From contig OX597817.1 of assembly GCA_951406725.2 (NCBI GenBank), positions 61,008,001 through 61,072,000 of the forward strand: a DNA stretch of 64,000 nt, written 5' to 3'. The notes under the pieces were generated by a model. That model was given only the letters and a program-made list of their open reading frames with translations. It was not told where the DNA came from and did not search any database. This DNA comes from Octopus vulgaris (taxonomy: Eukaryota). Below, in pieces: positions 38,440 through 52,989 of the stretch. Position numbers and translations under genes: made by a program. Each line of letters opens with the position of its first letter. Position 1 is the first letter of the stretch.

Positions 38440-38799
38440 ACTCTCTTTGCAGAAAAGAAACATGAAAGAAATTATTGTGAATGTATCATGGGTGTTTGAA
38501 ATTATTATTCATCGACTCTGGAGAAAACTGAATAACAAACGCTATTCACATTAAGCACAATCCAGGAAGTAGCTGAAATTGCTTGACTACTTTGCATGGG
38601 GTATATCTGTTAGTGGTGTGAGTAAATAATATCTTATGCTCAAACAGTGTTTCCTGCTGTCGCTTTATTGTGAAGTAACTCAACTGTCAGAATTCGAATT
38701 TTTGACTGTGTTATATATAACCAAAAAGTGTTTTTTTTTTTCCTTCTGTGAGTAGGATATGTTAAATGTATGTTTAGTTTAGCATTGTGTGGTGAGCAT

Positions 38800-39450
38800 G
38801 GCTTCCATTATCCACCTCAAGATGTTCTCTCCTGTTACGCACCGTCACTCTCACTGGCCATGACTGAGACAAATTTTTGTCTCCTCTGATATTTATTGTG
38901 TTTCTTAACACAGAAAGTCCATAACAGATGTTTTCTGAGGACAAATACCACAGTAACTGACCTATCAACTGCGTATATACATTAACTATAATAGATAGGT
39001 AGCTATTTTAATCAAATACTGCTTCAATTGCATATACCGGATGTTTAATGATCTGGGCGACTATTCGTACCATCAATAAATGTGTTATTCACTTCTTCCT
39101 ATACCAGAGACAACGGATTCTTATCCGAACACTTGGTCGTCTGCAAGTATAAGCAATTGAAAAAAGCCCCAAAACAGCGAAAAGCATTTGGTGCTCTCGG
39201 TGGCCGCTGCTGGGACGACTTTCCGTCTTCCTCTGATATTTATTTTTTATTAACATAACAAGTCCATAAAAGAAGTTATCATAATACAAATACCGCAGTG
39301 ACGGACCTATCGACAGCATACACGCTAAGTATGATACAGAGATGATTGTGCAAATGTATGTCCCGAGAGATGATTGAAGGTCAGTGTCTTCTGTATCAAG
39401 GAATATAAAAAGCAAACCGAGAAGAATCAGAGAGTCAGGTAACAACAGGA
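38800..39450 (+). mobile_element. Two tandem decayed copies of an ancient RTE-like LINE segment
   Basis: 38830-38990 aligns with 39190-39340: KAFGALGGRCW..KVHKR..TNTAVTDLSTAY. Further copies at 48400-48600 (+) and 61190-61870 (-). Confidence 0.55.
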
Positions 39451-40074
39451 GCATTAATAATCGCCATTTCAGGAGGTAAAGTGTCTCGAGTGATGAATAT
39501 AGCTGACGTATTGGAGTTTATAGAGGGCTTCAGCTAAGAGAAATAAGTTCGATTTCAATTGATTAATCCCTTTTACTGCCTTTCAGCGTTGGCCTTCACT
39601 TATACATCCAAATTCAACTGAAATACATAAATGAATTCAACGATCAAGTCTAATTTCATTTGACAAAATTTAACCCTTAAAATATATTATTTAATAAATG
39701 ACTGTCGGATGGCAAAATCGGTAAAGCATAAGACTTCAAGGGTTTAGCTTCTGAGTTCAAATCCCATCCCTATTCAGTTCGTCTGTCCTTTGTATCGATT
39801 AAAAAATAAGTGAGCCGGTAGGGACGATGTAATTAAATATTTACGCAGCAGGGTGAAATGGCTGAAGTCCAATAATTAAACCAATACAAGGATATGCTAT
39901 TTACATTTTTTCTCATCTATTTGTTTCATTTGTTGACCAGCGGCCATGCTGGAGTATCGTCTTGAACTGCTTTAAGCGAACAAATCGCCACATTTTCAAG
40001 TCTGGTACTTTTTCTTTTCCTGAACCACTAAATTACGGGGTTAAACAAACACCGGACGTCACAAATACATACAA

Positions 40075-40180
<106 letters not shown>

Positions 40181-40689
40181 GATGGGCTTTCACACAGTTT
40201 TCTTTCAACCAAATTCACTCACAAAGAATTGGTCGGCATTCGGCCCCGAAGATGTATTAGAAAACACTTGGCCAAGGTGCCGCGCAGTGGAACCGAACCT
40301 GATATTACATAGTTGCAAAGAGAGCTTCTTAACTACACAGCCAAGCCTGCACGTACACAGGCAGGAGGCGAAATCTTGTTTAAGATGATTCATGAGGAGG
40401 GAAGCAGTGGTAGGGTGGGGGAAAGAATTAAAAATTACGCTTGGGACAATTATGGACGCAACATAGCAGAATGGTTAAGAAGTTTCCTTCGCAACCGCGA
40501 TGTTCTGGGTTCGGTCTCATTTCTTGGTATCTTGGATTAAGGTCTTCTAACATAACTTCCAGTCGACTGTAACTGGGTTGTCAGAAACTGTGGGGAAACC
40601 CGCAGAAGAATTGTCTTGTAATTCGAAGCCCAGTTTTGTCACTTCCTCTTCCTGAGAATTTCGTTAAGCGTACACGTAGCTGTATGAAG

Positions 40690-40990
40690 GTGCATGGCTT
40701 AGTGTATTCGGCCCACGATCGTAAGGTCCTGAGTTCGACTCCCGGCGCATTGAGTCATTACGCGAGACGATTTATTTCACGTTGTGCCATTCCGTTCAGC
40801 TGGCAAAAATGAGTTGTAGCTGTAATTCAAAATGCCAGCCTTGTCACATTTAGTATGTCACGCTGAAATCTCCCCGAGAACTACGTGAAGGGTATACGCA
40901 TCTATGGTATGCTCAGCCACTTACACACTAATTCAATGGGCAATATTTTCGTTGATTGAATAACTAAATACTCATTGTCGAAATCGACGG
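40690..40990 (+). mobile_element. tRNA-derived SINE, third family
   Basis: catggcttagtg..gtaaggtcctgagttcgactccc..tcagctggcaaaaatgag..ctcagccacttacacactaatt; reverse copies at 55780-56120 and 3560-3720. Confidence 0.7.
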
Positions 40991-41231
40991 TGATCCATTT
41001 CCTTAACCAGAACACCACAAGCGAAAGATAGCGTGAAGTATCGCCAAAATTGAAATCCAAACCTTGTGAAGGTTTTGATGTAGCGGAAACTTCACAGTTT
41101 ACAGTGGAACACACGCTACAAGATGTCGAAAAGGGACGATTGGGTGAGGCTGTTTAGGCACTAGTGATTTGATGCGGTTGGCTAAATATTGAGTTGGTTT
41201 CGAAGACAATACTTTTTGGCACAGAAAGCAA

Positions 41232-41303
<72 letters not shown>

Positions 41304-41924
41304 AGAAGGAGTGAAGCATTAAAGCGCCTGATCTCAATTAATTCTGTATTGAATCAACAATGCCAAATATACGGCGTGGAAACCATTGCAACAGGACGTG
41401 TCATACCCATAAAATGTTATATAATTTAACTGATTTATTTTGAAGTGTCTCCGCTAAGACCTTCACGCATACGCACTCAGATGCACTCACACACGTTCAT
41501 ATACCCACTTGATGGTGGATACTCACCACATATACATTAGTCTTATCAGAAATCTCCTCAAAGCAGACTTAACCTTCATAATGGTGAAGTTATTTGTCAT
41601 TCTTTGGGTTCATCATTTCATGGACAGACATATTTTTACTTCTCAATGTCAAAAGTCATATAAATGCTCTCCAGGACCCATGTAAAGTACCTTAGATAAA
41701 ATCTAACTTGTGACTTAGGTTGATTAACAACGGTAACCTAGCAACCTTAAGCGAAATACTATTCAAACTTATTGGTGACAAACTTCATATCCGTTTCCGT
41801 AGAGTTAAACGAAAGTCAAATGTCATTCCTCTTGTTCAGAGCTGTTTGAATGAAATTTTAGGCTCCCAGACAGAACAATGTACTAGATTCCATACGCTTT
41901 CAATCCTAAGCATTGGATCACTAG

Positions 41925-41977
41925 CTATGGGCCCCCGGAGGAACTGTCCAGCGTGACCCATGCGTTAAGACAGCGCT
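41925..41977. mobile_element. Possible hAT-like DNA transposon terminus
   Basis: gggcccccggaggaactgtccagcgtgacccatgcgttaagacagcgct resembles a CAG..GTCTTAACGCATGGG..GGGCCC-type end; no partner TIR found. Confidence 0.35.
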
Positions 41978-42607
41978 TCTCACGATAATATGTTGAGCTT
42001 GCCCAACTATATTTCTATCAGTATGGCAATATAAAGGAACAAGTCTGCGAGCAGGTAGAATTGTTAGGCCATCGGAGTAAATGCTGAACAATATTTCTTC
42101 TGGTGTTTTTGAGCTCCAGTCCTGCCGAGATCAACTTTACCTTACAATCCTTCGGGGCTGATCAAATCAAGTCTCAGTCAGTTACAAGCCCCGATGCAAT
42201 CGGCTTGTATAACCAACAAAGAATCAGGCGTCAGTTCCAGAATGCTCAATCTGTTTATGACGGGGGATTATCTAAGATCTTTATCTTTTCTGCTCCAACC
42301 ACGAAGAGAGCATTTATGTAATCGCTCGATCTGCAAAAGAAAAAAAAAATCAGTCAAATCTCGCTCAAATCATACGATATGTTCTTTGGTTAATGTAGTT
42401 CATGAAATATTTTGTGTGAAAGACATTTGATTTGCCTTTAAATGCTGCGATCCTCTGCCATGTATAAACCAAGGATTAACAAGAAAGGAAAAAAGAACGA
42501 CAGCGACAACAACACAGTTAAATAAACCGCCATCGTTAATAACTGTCTTCGCCCACCTGCTTGCATATGGCAACCATTTTACCTGTATACAAACTATTGA
42601 ACTTCTC

Positions 42608-42680
42608 ATTGGCTGGTTTACTCAATATCCTGTCTAGTCAGCCAATCGTGTTCACCAACCCAGTAGAAAGTGACGTCACT
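42608..42680. promoter_or_regulatory. Candidate promoter motif cluster: two inverted CCAAT boxes and a perfect CRE
   Basis: attggctg (42608), cagccaat (42639-42646) and agTGACGTCAct (42669-42680) in sequence I could not assign to a repeat. Confidence 0.35.
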
Positions 42681-43235
42681 GATTTTCTTACGGGCCCTAA
42701 TTAAACATGGAAGTAGATGTTAATCCCAATGATATTCGAACGCTGAAAAACGAGAATTAATGTTGCATGGTATTTAGTTCCACTTTCGGACCGTTGGTTC
42801 TGTTCTTATTTTCTAGGATACTTATCGATAAAACATTCAGCGAAATATATACGAAACAGCGGATCAAAAAACCAGTCAACCAAGCACTGCCTTGGTGCAC
42901 AAATAGACTTATAGATTAACCAAAGAGATAAATATATGAATAAATAAAGAAATACAGAAAGAAACAGTGAAATAAATAAACGAAACGAGTCTTAACGTGT
43001 TTCTAACTCAATCGACAGTGTGTGCGTGCGCGCACGCGTGTTTGTGTCCGTGGCGCCATTGTAATGGACATACTAACGCCAACCATCAAATCACGTTTAA
43101 ACACACACACTCAGATATATGCATGTATGCATTATGTATGTATGTTTGTATGTATGTATGTATGTATGTATGTATGTATGTATGTATGTATATGTGTGTG
43201 TGTATGTGCGTGTGTATATATATACATATATACAT

Positions 43236-43268
<33 letters not shown>

Positions 43269-43390
43269 GTATGTATATATATAATTATTTCTGTATATAT
43301 CTCAGCGAACATAGGTATACAGGTATTAATACATATTCACACACTTATGTCGACACTTATTTTTGTATATAAAAATACTAACATACACTA

Positions 43391-43469
<79 letters not shown>

Positions 43470-43849
43470 GGCAGCTAAAGAGTGGTGAAGGAAGTCTAAA
43501 AATATCCAACAGCGACGAATGAAACAGCATTGAACAAAATCCAATTTTAGTCAGAGAGAAAATGTTTTCTCTGGGCAAAGAAACAATTCAAGTGGGGGGA
43601 GAAACGACAAATAGGAACATTGATCCATGGGGCCAATCAATTTGTTAGAAATAACACTAATATCTCCCTCAACGTACATGGTGCTCTCTAGTAAAAAGAA
43701 GAGGGACGTTTCCAGTAATGTAGTCCAAGGTGAAAAATACTTGAAGCGGGAAAGCAAAAGTATATTCATGGAATGCCTTCGATTCTAGTCAAGAATTAGA
43801 TGAAGGCTAAGTAACCATAGAAACAGTACTCACCACTGTTTGTGTCATT

Positions 43850-43931
<82 letters not shown>

Positions 43932-43959
43932 CGCATGTTGCTCACTTCACTTTTCAGCA

Positions 43960-44470
43960 CTGCATCTATATATATATTTTTTGCTACTGTTGTTCAGCAG
44001 GTGCTGTCTGGGTGATACCATATGACATTCGAAGGCCGTCTGCACTGATCTCAGGCCTCTACCACCTTCATTTCTTCTTAGGTAGAGCCTGTCAACATCA
44101 CTGTTTCTGTGGAAGTTCCTAGTTGTCAAGATTTTGCGGGTTTTGATATCTATGGAGTGGATTTCCTCTACAGACCAATCAAGAATCCCAAATGTTGGGA
44201 TCAGCACTGGTACTGCAAATGCATTGTGGGATATTATTTTGTTGTTAGAGTAGAGTTCCAACTGCTACATTTTCTTAAGTCTGGTGTAATATTTTTGGGT
44301 CACTCTATCTTTATTGACAGTGCCTTCATATGATAAATTTTCGTCTATGCCTAGGTACTTGTAACATTCTTTGTGTGGAATGGAGGAGATAGAGAGACCG
44401 TTGATGCACAGGTTTTGGGTTTGAGGGACTGTCTTTCCTCGTTCTGTAACCAAATATGAGCATTTATTTG
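43960..44470 (-). mobile_element. R4/Dong LINE reverse transcriptase C-terminal fragment
   Basis: NKCSYL..YKYLGIDE..YYTRLKKM*..NKIISHNAFAVPVLIPTFGILDWS..IDIKTRKIL..HRNSDVDRLYLRRNEGGRGL. Confidence 0.9.
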
Positions 44471-46199
44471 TATGTATGTATGTATGTATGTATGTATGTA
44501 TGTATGTATGTATGTATGTATGTATGTATGTATGTATGGCTGGCTGGCTGGCTGGCTGGATGTATGTATGTATGTATGTATGTACGTATACGTGGGCGCG
44601 TTTCATTAAGTCATGTTTGTTCTCAAGGAATGTGAAAACGATATTTAAATTAAAATCTCCTGGATAGAGCACCAACATATTCAACATATGAAGTAACACT
44701 TACCGTTCATTTCACGCCTAGCTAGAATAATGCTTAAAAAACAATCCCCCACCCTCCCAAAAAAACACAGTAACAGCCGAGGTTTCAAATTACAATCTAC
44801 AAACTGGCCCATGCCTTGTCCCTCACGGGGATTACATGTAGTTATTTTTATAAACTCGGGATATAAGGAAAAATGCATTTCTAACAAGCATTTCAGTATT
44901 CGTAAGGTGAAAAAATCGCCAATGGATTATCAAACCAGAACGCAAGCAAATTCAACCAAGTCAGGCATATTTTTTTATGATAATTATGAAGTACATAACC
45001 GAATAAAAGCATAGTAAACCTTCTACTTGTGTGTAGTATTAATTTATGCTTTTTTTAGATTCTAGACAATGTTTTTGCACATAGCGCTTGACTAAACAAC
45101 ACTTAAACAACGGTCGCAATATTTATTCGTAAAATCACTCAGTAATGTTTCGAGACAACGCTGTTTACTGCTATAAAAAATATATTTCAATTCATGTCAA
45201 GCAATAATCTTGTAATAAATCAAGCATAATCTCGCAATAAATGAAGCCAGTTGCTTCTTAATTCCTTGTGATCAGAGGAAGCTATCAATGTATGACTTGT
45301 AAGTATTGATTGGTTTACCAGAAAATTCGATATTTCGTCAAATGTGTGTGAAGCGACACTAAAAACTCGTGTCCAACGCAGTCAAGCAAAATGCTTGCAA
45401 CAGGATTGAAATTTCGATTCATTAACAGACAATATATTTTACCTTATCTACGCCATCAATTCTTCTCCACACTATTTACTGGAGACCTGATAACTCCTGG
45501 CGCCATTTTACACACACACACACACACACACAACTTTTCAACGTAACACATTCCACCCACATGTCATTGGTCAATCCGGGATTAGCACAGGAGTTAAATT
45601 GTTCAAGGTAGCATGCAATTGGATCAAAGCTAAAACCACGTGGTTCCAAATAAACTTTTCACGATAAGCTTGTGCCTTCTCCATCACTATGCTCAATGCT
45701 GCTTTTTAACACGACACCAGTGTAGTGTGGCGCCATCTTGTGATATATACTATTCCTTAACGCACTGCGTCTTGCTATAACTGTTGCTGTTTGTTCATTC
45801 GATAGACAAGAATGCTTTAAACGTGATGGTCACGTTATATATATATACACGCTGACATAGAACTCTATAATAACTATTACTTAAACATTTTCTCGCACCA
45901 TCTCTGATGAAGGGATATATAAAACTATCCCGGAAACAGCTGTAAGACTTACTCTTTATAAATATTCTGAAAACTATAAATATATGTATAAATATATATA
46001 AATTTACATATATACATACACACACACACACATACATATATATATATATTTGTGTGTGTATATATATACATACATACATACACAAATGTATATATGTATA
46101 TTCATATATATATACATGAATATACATATACATTTGTGTATGGATATGGATATGTATGTATATATATATGTGTGTATATATATATATATACATACATAT

Positions 46200-46269
<70 letters not shown>

Positions 46270-46891
46270 ATACATTGGCAAATATGAGTTTAGGCATGAA
46301 AATTGACTTGAAAATTGTGAAGATAGAAACTGACGATATTTCAAATAATTATTCGGTCCCCATTCAAACTCAACAAATCTAGGAATGACCTCATATTCAA
46401 TACGAAATACTTGGCCACACTCTGTTTACTGTAAACATACTTTACAGAGAGAGACACATTTTATACAAACATATTTTCTGTCTAATACCAACAGAATCTT
46501 GAATTATCGCTTAAATTGAATCCAAGATATGATCAGATAAACTTCTGTGAATAAAGTCTGAAATATTAAATAGAGCGCAGAAAAGTAGTTACTTCGTTTC
46601 AGATTTTTGCTTTTATATATTGTCTTGTTTGTATAAGTCTCGGAAGAGTAACTTTTGACTTGTTTCTAGTTTTTTTTTCTGATTAGGATGTCATCCGAAA
46701 ATAAAAACACACGCACCTGAAAGCACATAGAAAGGAATTAAGAATACAATATAAAAAAAAGAGAAAAAGAAAGAAAAGAAGAAAAAGAGATTATAGGTAA
46801 AAGAATAGAGGCCAGAACTTTCAAAACAAGGGTGAACAACATCACAGAAACACGTGGGAAGAAAAAATAACAAAGTATACGTATGTGTACA

Positions 46892-46972
<81 letters not shown>

Positions 46973-46978
46973 CGTTCT

Positions 46979-47068
<90 letters not shown>

Positions 47069-47099
47069 TATATGCATACATTAATACATTAATACATAC

Positions 47100-47178
<79 letters not shown>

Positions 47179-47321
47179 TGAATAGATAAATAGATGAACA
47201 GAGAGATAGATAGAGATAGATATATATATATATATACGTAAGAGGCAACTAGCTACATTTATGGCGAGATTATGCTTGATTCGTTATCTATTTGTCTGTC
47301 TATCTACCTCTCTATCTATCT

Positions 47322-47451
47322 AAGGAAACCGCACGAAAACAGATATGCAGGGTCGTTAGACCGGGACGAAAAAATGTCTCGCACACCGTTCACTATTCTC
47401 TTTTCGTCCCGGTCTAACGACCCTGCATATCTGTTTTCGTTCGGTTTCCTT
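47322..47451. repeat. 51-bp-arm hairpin with one mismatch and a 28-nt loop
   Basis: aaggaaaccgcacgaaaacagatatgcagggtcgttagaccgggacgaaaa pairs with ttttcgtcccggtctaacgaccctgcatatctgttttcgttcggtttcctt. Confidence 0.9.
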
Positions 47452-47739
47452 GTATGCCTCTGCTGTTATTTTTTGTTACCAACTTTGACCCTCTATAAAT
47501 CCCAAATTCTATTTTAGAATTTGTGGAAGCTTACCGTCTTTGAAGACTCATGTTGTCGTTGTTTGAATGCTCGAAATGAGGAGGAGATAGACAGCCGACA
47601 ACTGACAAAGCGTCCTTTTTCTCTGTTAACTTGTCCTGTTTTCCATTTTGTTCTCGTTGTTCACATATTTCATTCGTTTTTGTTCTGTAATTACTGTCCA
47701 CGTCTTGTATCTTTCTCTCTCTCTCTGAATAAATCAATC

Positions 47740-47887
<148 letters not shown>

Positions 47888-49046
47888 TACATATATACAT
47901 ATACATACATATATATATGCGTGTGTGTGTATACAGAGAGAGAGAGAGAGAGAGAGAAGAGAGAGTGAGAGAGAGAGTGAGAGAGAGAGAGAGAGAAAGG
48001 AGAGACAGACATACAGGCAGGAGACAAACAAGAAGATAGACAAGAAGAAAGACAGTCAGATAGACATCTAATATATGCATCTATTATATGCATCTATTAT
48101 ACACATACACACATACACACATATATATTATTCCCCTACCCACCCATTACTGGGAGGAATACTAATTTTAACCTAAATATGTATTGAAGCATGAAATAAC
48201 TTTCTTTTATTAAATTTTGAAGCAGTAATAAATTAAAATAGGAAACTATGTACTTTACTAAATGTATTTAATTCGTTGATCGACAGTTACTGATATGTAT
48301 TCGACTTCAAATAAAATGTGTTATGGACGTGCCGTGGGAAAGCAGAATAGAAATCACCTCAACAGCAGCCAAGGGAGAAAACCAGATGCATTTCCAGCTT
48401 TTTGAACCTTTTCAATGACGTGTACTCACAGCCAGCCAAATGCATCCGGTGTTCTTGCTGACATCCGCTGGGCGATTTTTCATCTTCCTCCGATATTTGC
48501 AGTGTTTTTAATACGTACGTCTATTCGAGATAATGTCTCATGACGAATAATGCAGTAACTGACCTCTTTGGAGCAAGAATATTCTACAGACCGCCAACAA
48601 CTATTAACTTTCTTCAAAGTCAACAGATAACGCCCCCAACACTTGTACCAGGCCAATGTTATACAAACACAAACTCACTCTCCACCAAACACAGTCTGCT
48701 TGACTGACTGGTATGGAGTCATAAAAACACAATGCAAAATCTGGCATCTTCTCTCTTCGGATTTGGTAAGATGAAGTTTGAAATTACGGTTAGAATGTTA
48801 TTCCTCAGCTGATACAGAGAACAGAACTTAAATCCTTTTTCTTTCTAAATATACTAAGTTGTCAGTTGGGAATTCCGTTCTGCGATAGCGAAGTTTTTTT
48901 TTTCCTCGCTTCTTCGTCTTTTAATTAATATGAAGTTAGTGAGCATGATAAATAAATAAGTGCAGAAAGAAAGAAAGAAAGAAAGAAAAGGTTTATCTTC
49001 GAGATTTGAGAATTACTCTCAAAAGAGGGCAAAAAACGAAACAAAA

Positions 49047-49245
49047 GACTACTACTACTACTACTGCTTCTACTACTACTATTGCTGCTGCTGCTGCTAC
49101 TGCTATTACTACTACTGCTGCTGCTGCTGCTTCTGCTGCTGCTTCTGCTGCTGCTTCTACTGCTACTACCGTTACTGCTGCTGCTGCCGATGCTGTTGGT
49201 GCTGCTACTCCTGCTGCCACTACAACAACAACAACAACAACAACA

Positions 49246-49286
<41 letters not shown>

Positions 49287-49484
49287 TACTACTATTATTA
49301 CTAGTATTACTACTATCACTACAACTACTACTAATACGAAGAAAATAACAACGATGCTCATGACTATGATGCTGATAACGATGATAACAATGATGACGAT
49401 GATGACGATGATGACGATGATGATGATGATGATGATGATAATGATGATGATGATGATGATGATGAGGAGGAGGAGGAGGAGGAT
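49047..49484. repeat. Compound trinucleotide array (ACT/GCT/ACA/GAT/GAG)
   Basis: Seen directly; another (GAT)n array lies at 54897-55110. Confidence 0.95.
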
Positions 49485-49899
49485 AAATAAAACTGGCAGT
49501 TGAATTTCTGAAGAATTTACAGCAATATGATACAAGATCAAAGAACATATATCTTTAGTCGACGTGTAACCATTTCCTATGGTTAGGGGCACTGGATCGA
49601 GGTTACGAACTCAATGTGTCATGAGTGTGATTATGTGCGTCAGGAGGAGGACACACAGGTACAAGAGCACCTTATTTCTCTCTCTCTCTTTCTGTACCAT
49701 ATCTTACATATACATTATATCATACCTTGATACTCTGTGGACTAAGATCCCCGTTGACAGGTTGTTGATATTTATAGAGTATTAAACGCTTTCGGTATGC
49801 AAATTAGGGACTCCTTCATAGAGTAACTGCTGCATTTGTTGAGTATATAAACAGTTTGGCTGATTGTTTCTCTGGAGACTTGTCAGAATGGTGTAGACG

Positions 49900-49940
49900 C
49901 CGCTGATGAGAACCCAATAAGATTCCAAAATCGATTAACG
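49900..49940 (+). ncRNA. Decayed hammerhead-like motif
   Basis: CCG-CUGAUGA-GAAC(CCAAUAAG)AUUC-CAAAA-UCGA-UUA-ACG; GAAA mutated. Confidence 0.3.
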
Positions 49941-50239
49941 TTGTTCACTGTTTCTTCAGTCTGGGAAGAAATGGCTAAAATTTGACCGGTTTATAATTAT
50001 ACCATATGTTACACACACACACAAATATATATCACCCGTCTGCCTGTCTGTCTGTGAGTAGTGCGATTATATATAATCCACTTCGGAAAAGAGGATACCT
50101 TGAAACTCCCATACTCCCTTCCTTCGGGTGAAACTCTCATGGCATCCTCAGACACTTGGGAGCAATTGTGAACAACAACATAAGCTGGGCAGTTTGAGTC
50201 TAGGATGTTTACCCCCATGGACAATAACACCCACCTCCA

Positions 50240-50405
50240 AAGACAATTACCCCTGAGGATAAGAGGATAATTGCCCCTGAGAAGAGGATTTAAAACTCCT
50301 TAATATATTGGAGTGGGGGGTAATTAACCAAGGGGGTAGTTGTCGTCGGCGGCAATTGTCCTATAGGGGTGTAATTGTCCTATGGGGTGTAATTGTCCTG
50401 ATACG
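50240..50405. mobile_element. Small element with inverted arrays of GACAATTACCCC / GGGGTGTAATTGTCC motifs
   Basis: Left: gacaattacccc and gataattgcccc. Right: ggcaattgtcc and ggggtgtaattgtcc twice. Resembles DNA-transposon subterminal repeats. Confidence 0.45.
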
Positions 50406-50409
50406 GGGC

Positions 50410-50500
50410 CGCTCATATAAACAGCAAAGTTGACATGGCCCGCAGAATGTATTCCTGGATTCTCAGAACTTTCCAGTCGAGAGATATCCTCCACACCATT
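50410..50500 (+). mobile_element. Short CR1 fragment, same family as 63027-63700
   Basis: [25 protein letters not shown]; ttcctggattctcagaactttccagtcgagagatatcc is identical at 63029. Confidence 0.8.
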
Positions 50501-50547
50501 ATGTGTGTGTGCGTGCGTATGTGCGCGCCCGCGCTGTAGTTGACATT

Positions 50548-50850
50548 TACAGAAAAACAAAAGACGAAGACAGGTGTATGAGCAACAAACAGGTGTATTA
50601 GTTTGACGCTCGGAAAAGTGAGACAATGGTCTACGTTTCGAGCCTACGCTCTTCAACAGGAAGGAATAAGAGAAAATAAACAGAGAAAGTGAATAAACTT
50701 GTGGATTTAGCGGTCGAGCATGGTGACTGTTTGGAAAAAAAATAAAGGTTTAACAGGAGGGGTAGAAAGAAGGGGAGAGAATGAAGTATTGGTGATCCCA
50801 AAACGAAGATGCGTGTTTGTGTGTGTATGTGAGAATGTGTAAGTGTATAT
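50548..50850 (-). mobile_element. Family-A PLE terminal repeat with HHR variant at 50631-50662
   Basis: Closely matches 16095-16410. Minus strand: CUGUUGA-A-GAGC(GUAG)GCUC-GAAACGUA. Confidence 0.75.
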
Positions 50851-50987
50851 GGATAGGGGCTAGTGACTTTCACGTGTATTTATGTGCCTGTGTTTGTTCC
50901 CCCACCATCCTGGGGTCGATTTCTTCGACTAAAGCGGTGCCCCAGCATGACTGCTGTTAAATGACTGAAACAATTAAAAGGATAAAA

Positions 50988-51049
<62 letters not shown>

Positions 51050-52095
51050 ATGGATACATATATGTACGGATATACTTATAGATATATATAGATATGTCTT
51101 TCTTTGTATAAAATATATTCACTTATATTTTCTTTAATGCATTACGTAAACGATCTTGCACTCACAGGTACACACACACACACACACACATATGCATATA
51201 TAAACATACATATATGTGTGTGCGTGTGTTTATGTATTTAGGTCTACATGTGTGTTTGCGTATATATATCTATTTGTGGCTCTACGTCGACATCTTTGCT
51301 TAAGAAATGAGACGAACTTAGATGCCTGTTAAATCCAAAAGATTAACTTACTGAATTTAGAACCAGATATGGCACCAAGGCATCCCGAATCCTCAAGTAA
51401 TGAATATGAGAGATGAAGAAGGAAGAGCATACCTTGTCTTGGGCTTACTCGACATAGTTGCACTGTAGTTTATTTACCTTATTAATTTTTGAAATTAATT
51501 TTTTTTCAATTGTAAGTCATCTGTTATGAAATTAGAATTCAACTTCTCTACAATATTATCTTCCCCATTAGTTTATTTTCGTAGATTTAATATTATTTTT
51601 ATAACATACGGCAAGATGGTATGAAATAATAAAACGGCTGGTATTACTACCTATTAAAACACACGTATGTTTCACTTAGGAAAACGGCGACATATTTTCT
51701 TTATAAATATTTGATAAATGTGAAAATCTAATTATAAACTCTGACTTTTCAACAACACTATTCCCAGACTCTCAAAGTCAGAACATACATTTAGTTGAAC
51801 GCGAATGCGCGCGTGTGTGTGTGCGTGCGCGCGTGTGTGTATCTGTGTATGTGTGTGTGTGACCGAAATCCTTCAAAGGGATCTCAAACGTCCAAGTCCG
51901 CCGTTACAGTCCAAGTAAAGTAAATATATAAAAATATATAATTAATTAGACTCGGAAACAATTTGTAGAACGTATCTTGGTTACGTACCAGCATGGATTA
52001 CGCATTAAAGATCGTCTACATCTACAACAATTTTTCCTTTCTTTATGCTTCATTATATATATATGTGTGTGTGTGTATGTGCGCGTATGTGTGTT

Positions 52096-52132
<37 letters not shown>

Positions 52133-52479
52133 ATACGACGGGATTCTTTCAGTTTCCGTCCATCAAATCCACTCACAAGCCTTTGGTCTGCCTGAGGCTG
52201 AAGTAGAAGACACTTGTCCAATACACAGAACACCCATCCCTCCACACAGCATACGTACTTATTTATTTATACACATACACGCGTTCTCATACGCACACGC
52301 AAGCTCACACAATCTTAAACTCGTCTACGCAAAAATTCACACACATACACTCACACACACTATTCTCACGTATACATTCGCGCTTGTGCACTCCAGTTCA
52401 GCCGGGTCACTACTATCTCCCTTGCATCGACCTCTTTCGTCCGGTTATTTCATCATGTGAAACCGTTTATCGTGACACA

Positions 52480-52650
52480 TTTGTTCTCTCTCCGACGTTT
52501 TCTCTCTTCCCATTTTCCCCTCTCATCCCTTTCTGCCGAAGAGCGTAGACTTGAAACGTCAAAGACTTTCCCATTCTTCCTGAGCATCAAACTATTACAC
52601 TTGTTTGCTGTTCCCTCACGTATCTTCGCCTTTTGTTTTCTTATAATTTA
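52480..52650 (+). mobile_element. Family-A PLE terminal repeat with HHR variant at 52529-52564
   Basis: CUUU-CUGCCGA-A-GAGC(GUAG)ACUU-GAAACGUC-AAAG, then actttc..ctgagcatcaaacta. Confidence 0.7.
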
Positions 52651-52876
52651 AAACATGTACATGTGTATGTGTGCATGTATGTCTGTGTGTAAATATATAT
52701 ATATTCATTTCTTATGAATGCATGGACATGATCTACTCGATATCCATGGATACTACGGACTGAGCTGTTATCATCTCAGAAATACGAACTATATTCTTAA
52801 GAAATATGTGATTTTGTGGAAACGTGCGTAGCGATACTTTATAACATTTATAAATTTGATCCCTTATTATTGTTAT

Positions 52877-52925
<49 letters not shown>

Positions 52926-52989
52926 AGGAATATAAAGAAAATGGCACCAGTACGCAAAATATCTTGACACCTAGATGATACAAAAAAGG

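Noticed and set aside
39089-39454. GPCR-like 'AVDRS' frame and hydrophobic ORF on the minus strand
   Set aside because: That frame contains stops; the plus-strand frame matches an RTE-like segment present four times.
48925-49592. Mucin-like or poly-His/Ser protein
   Set aside because: It is a pure triplet repeat with no splice signals or unique coding flank.
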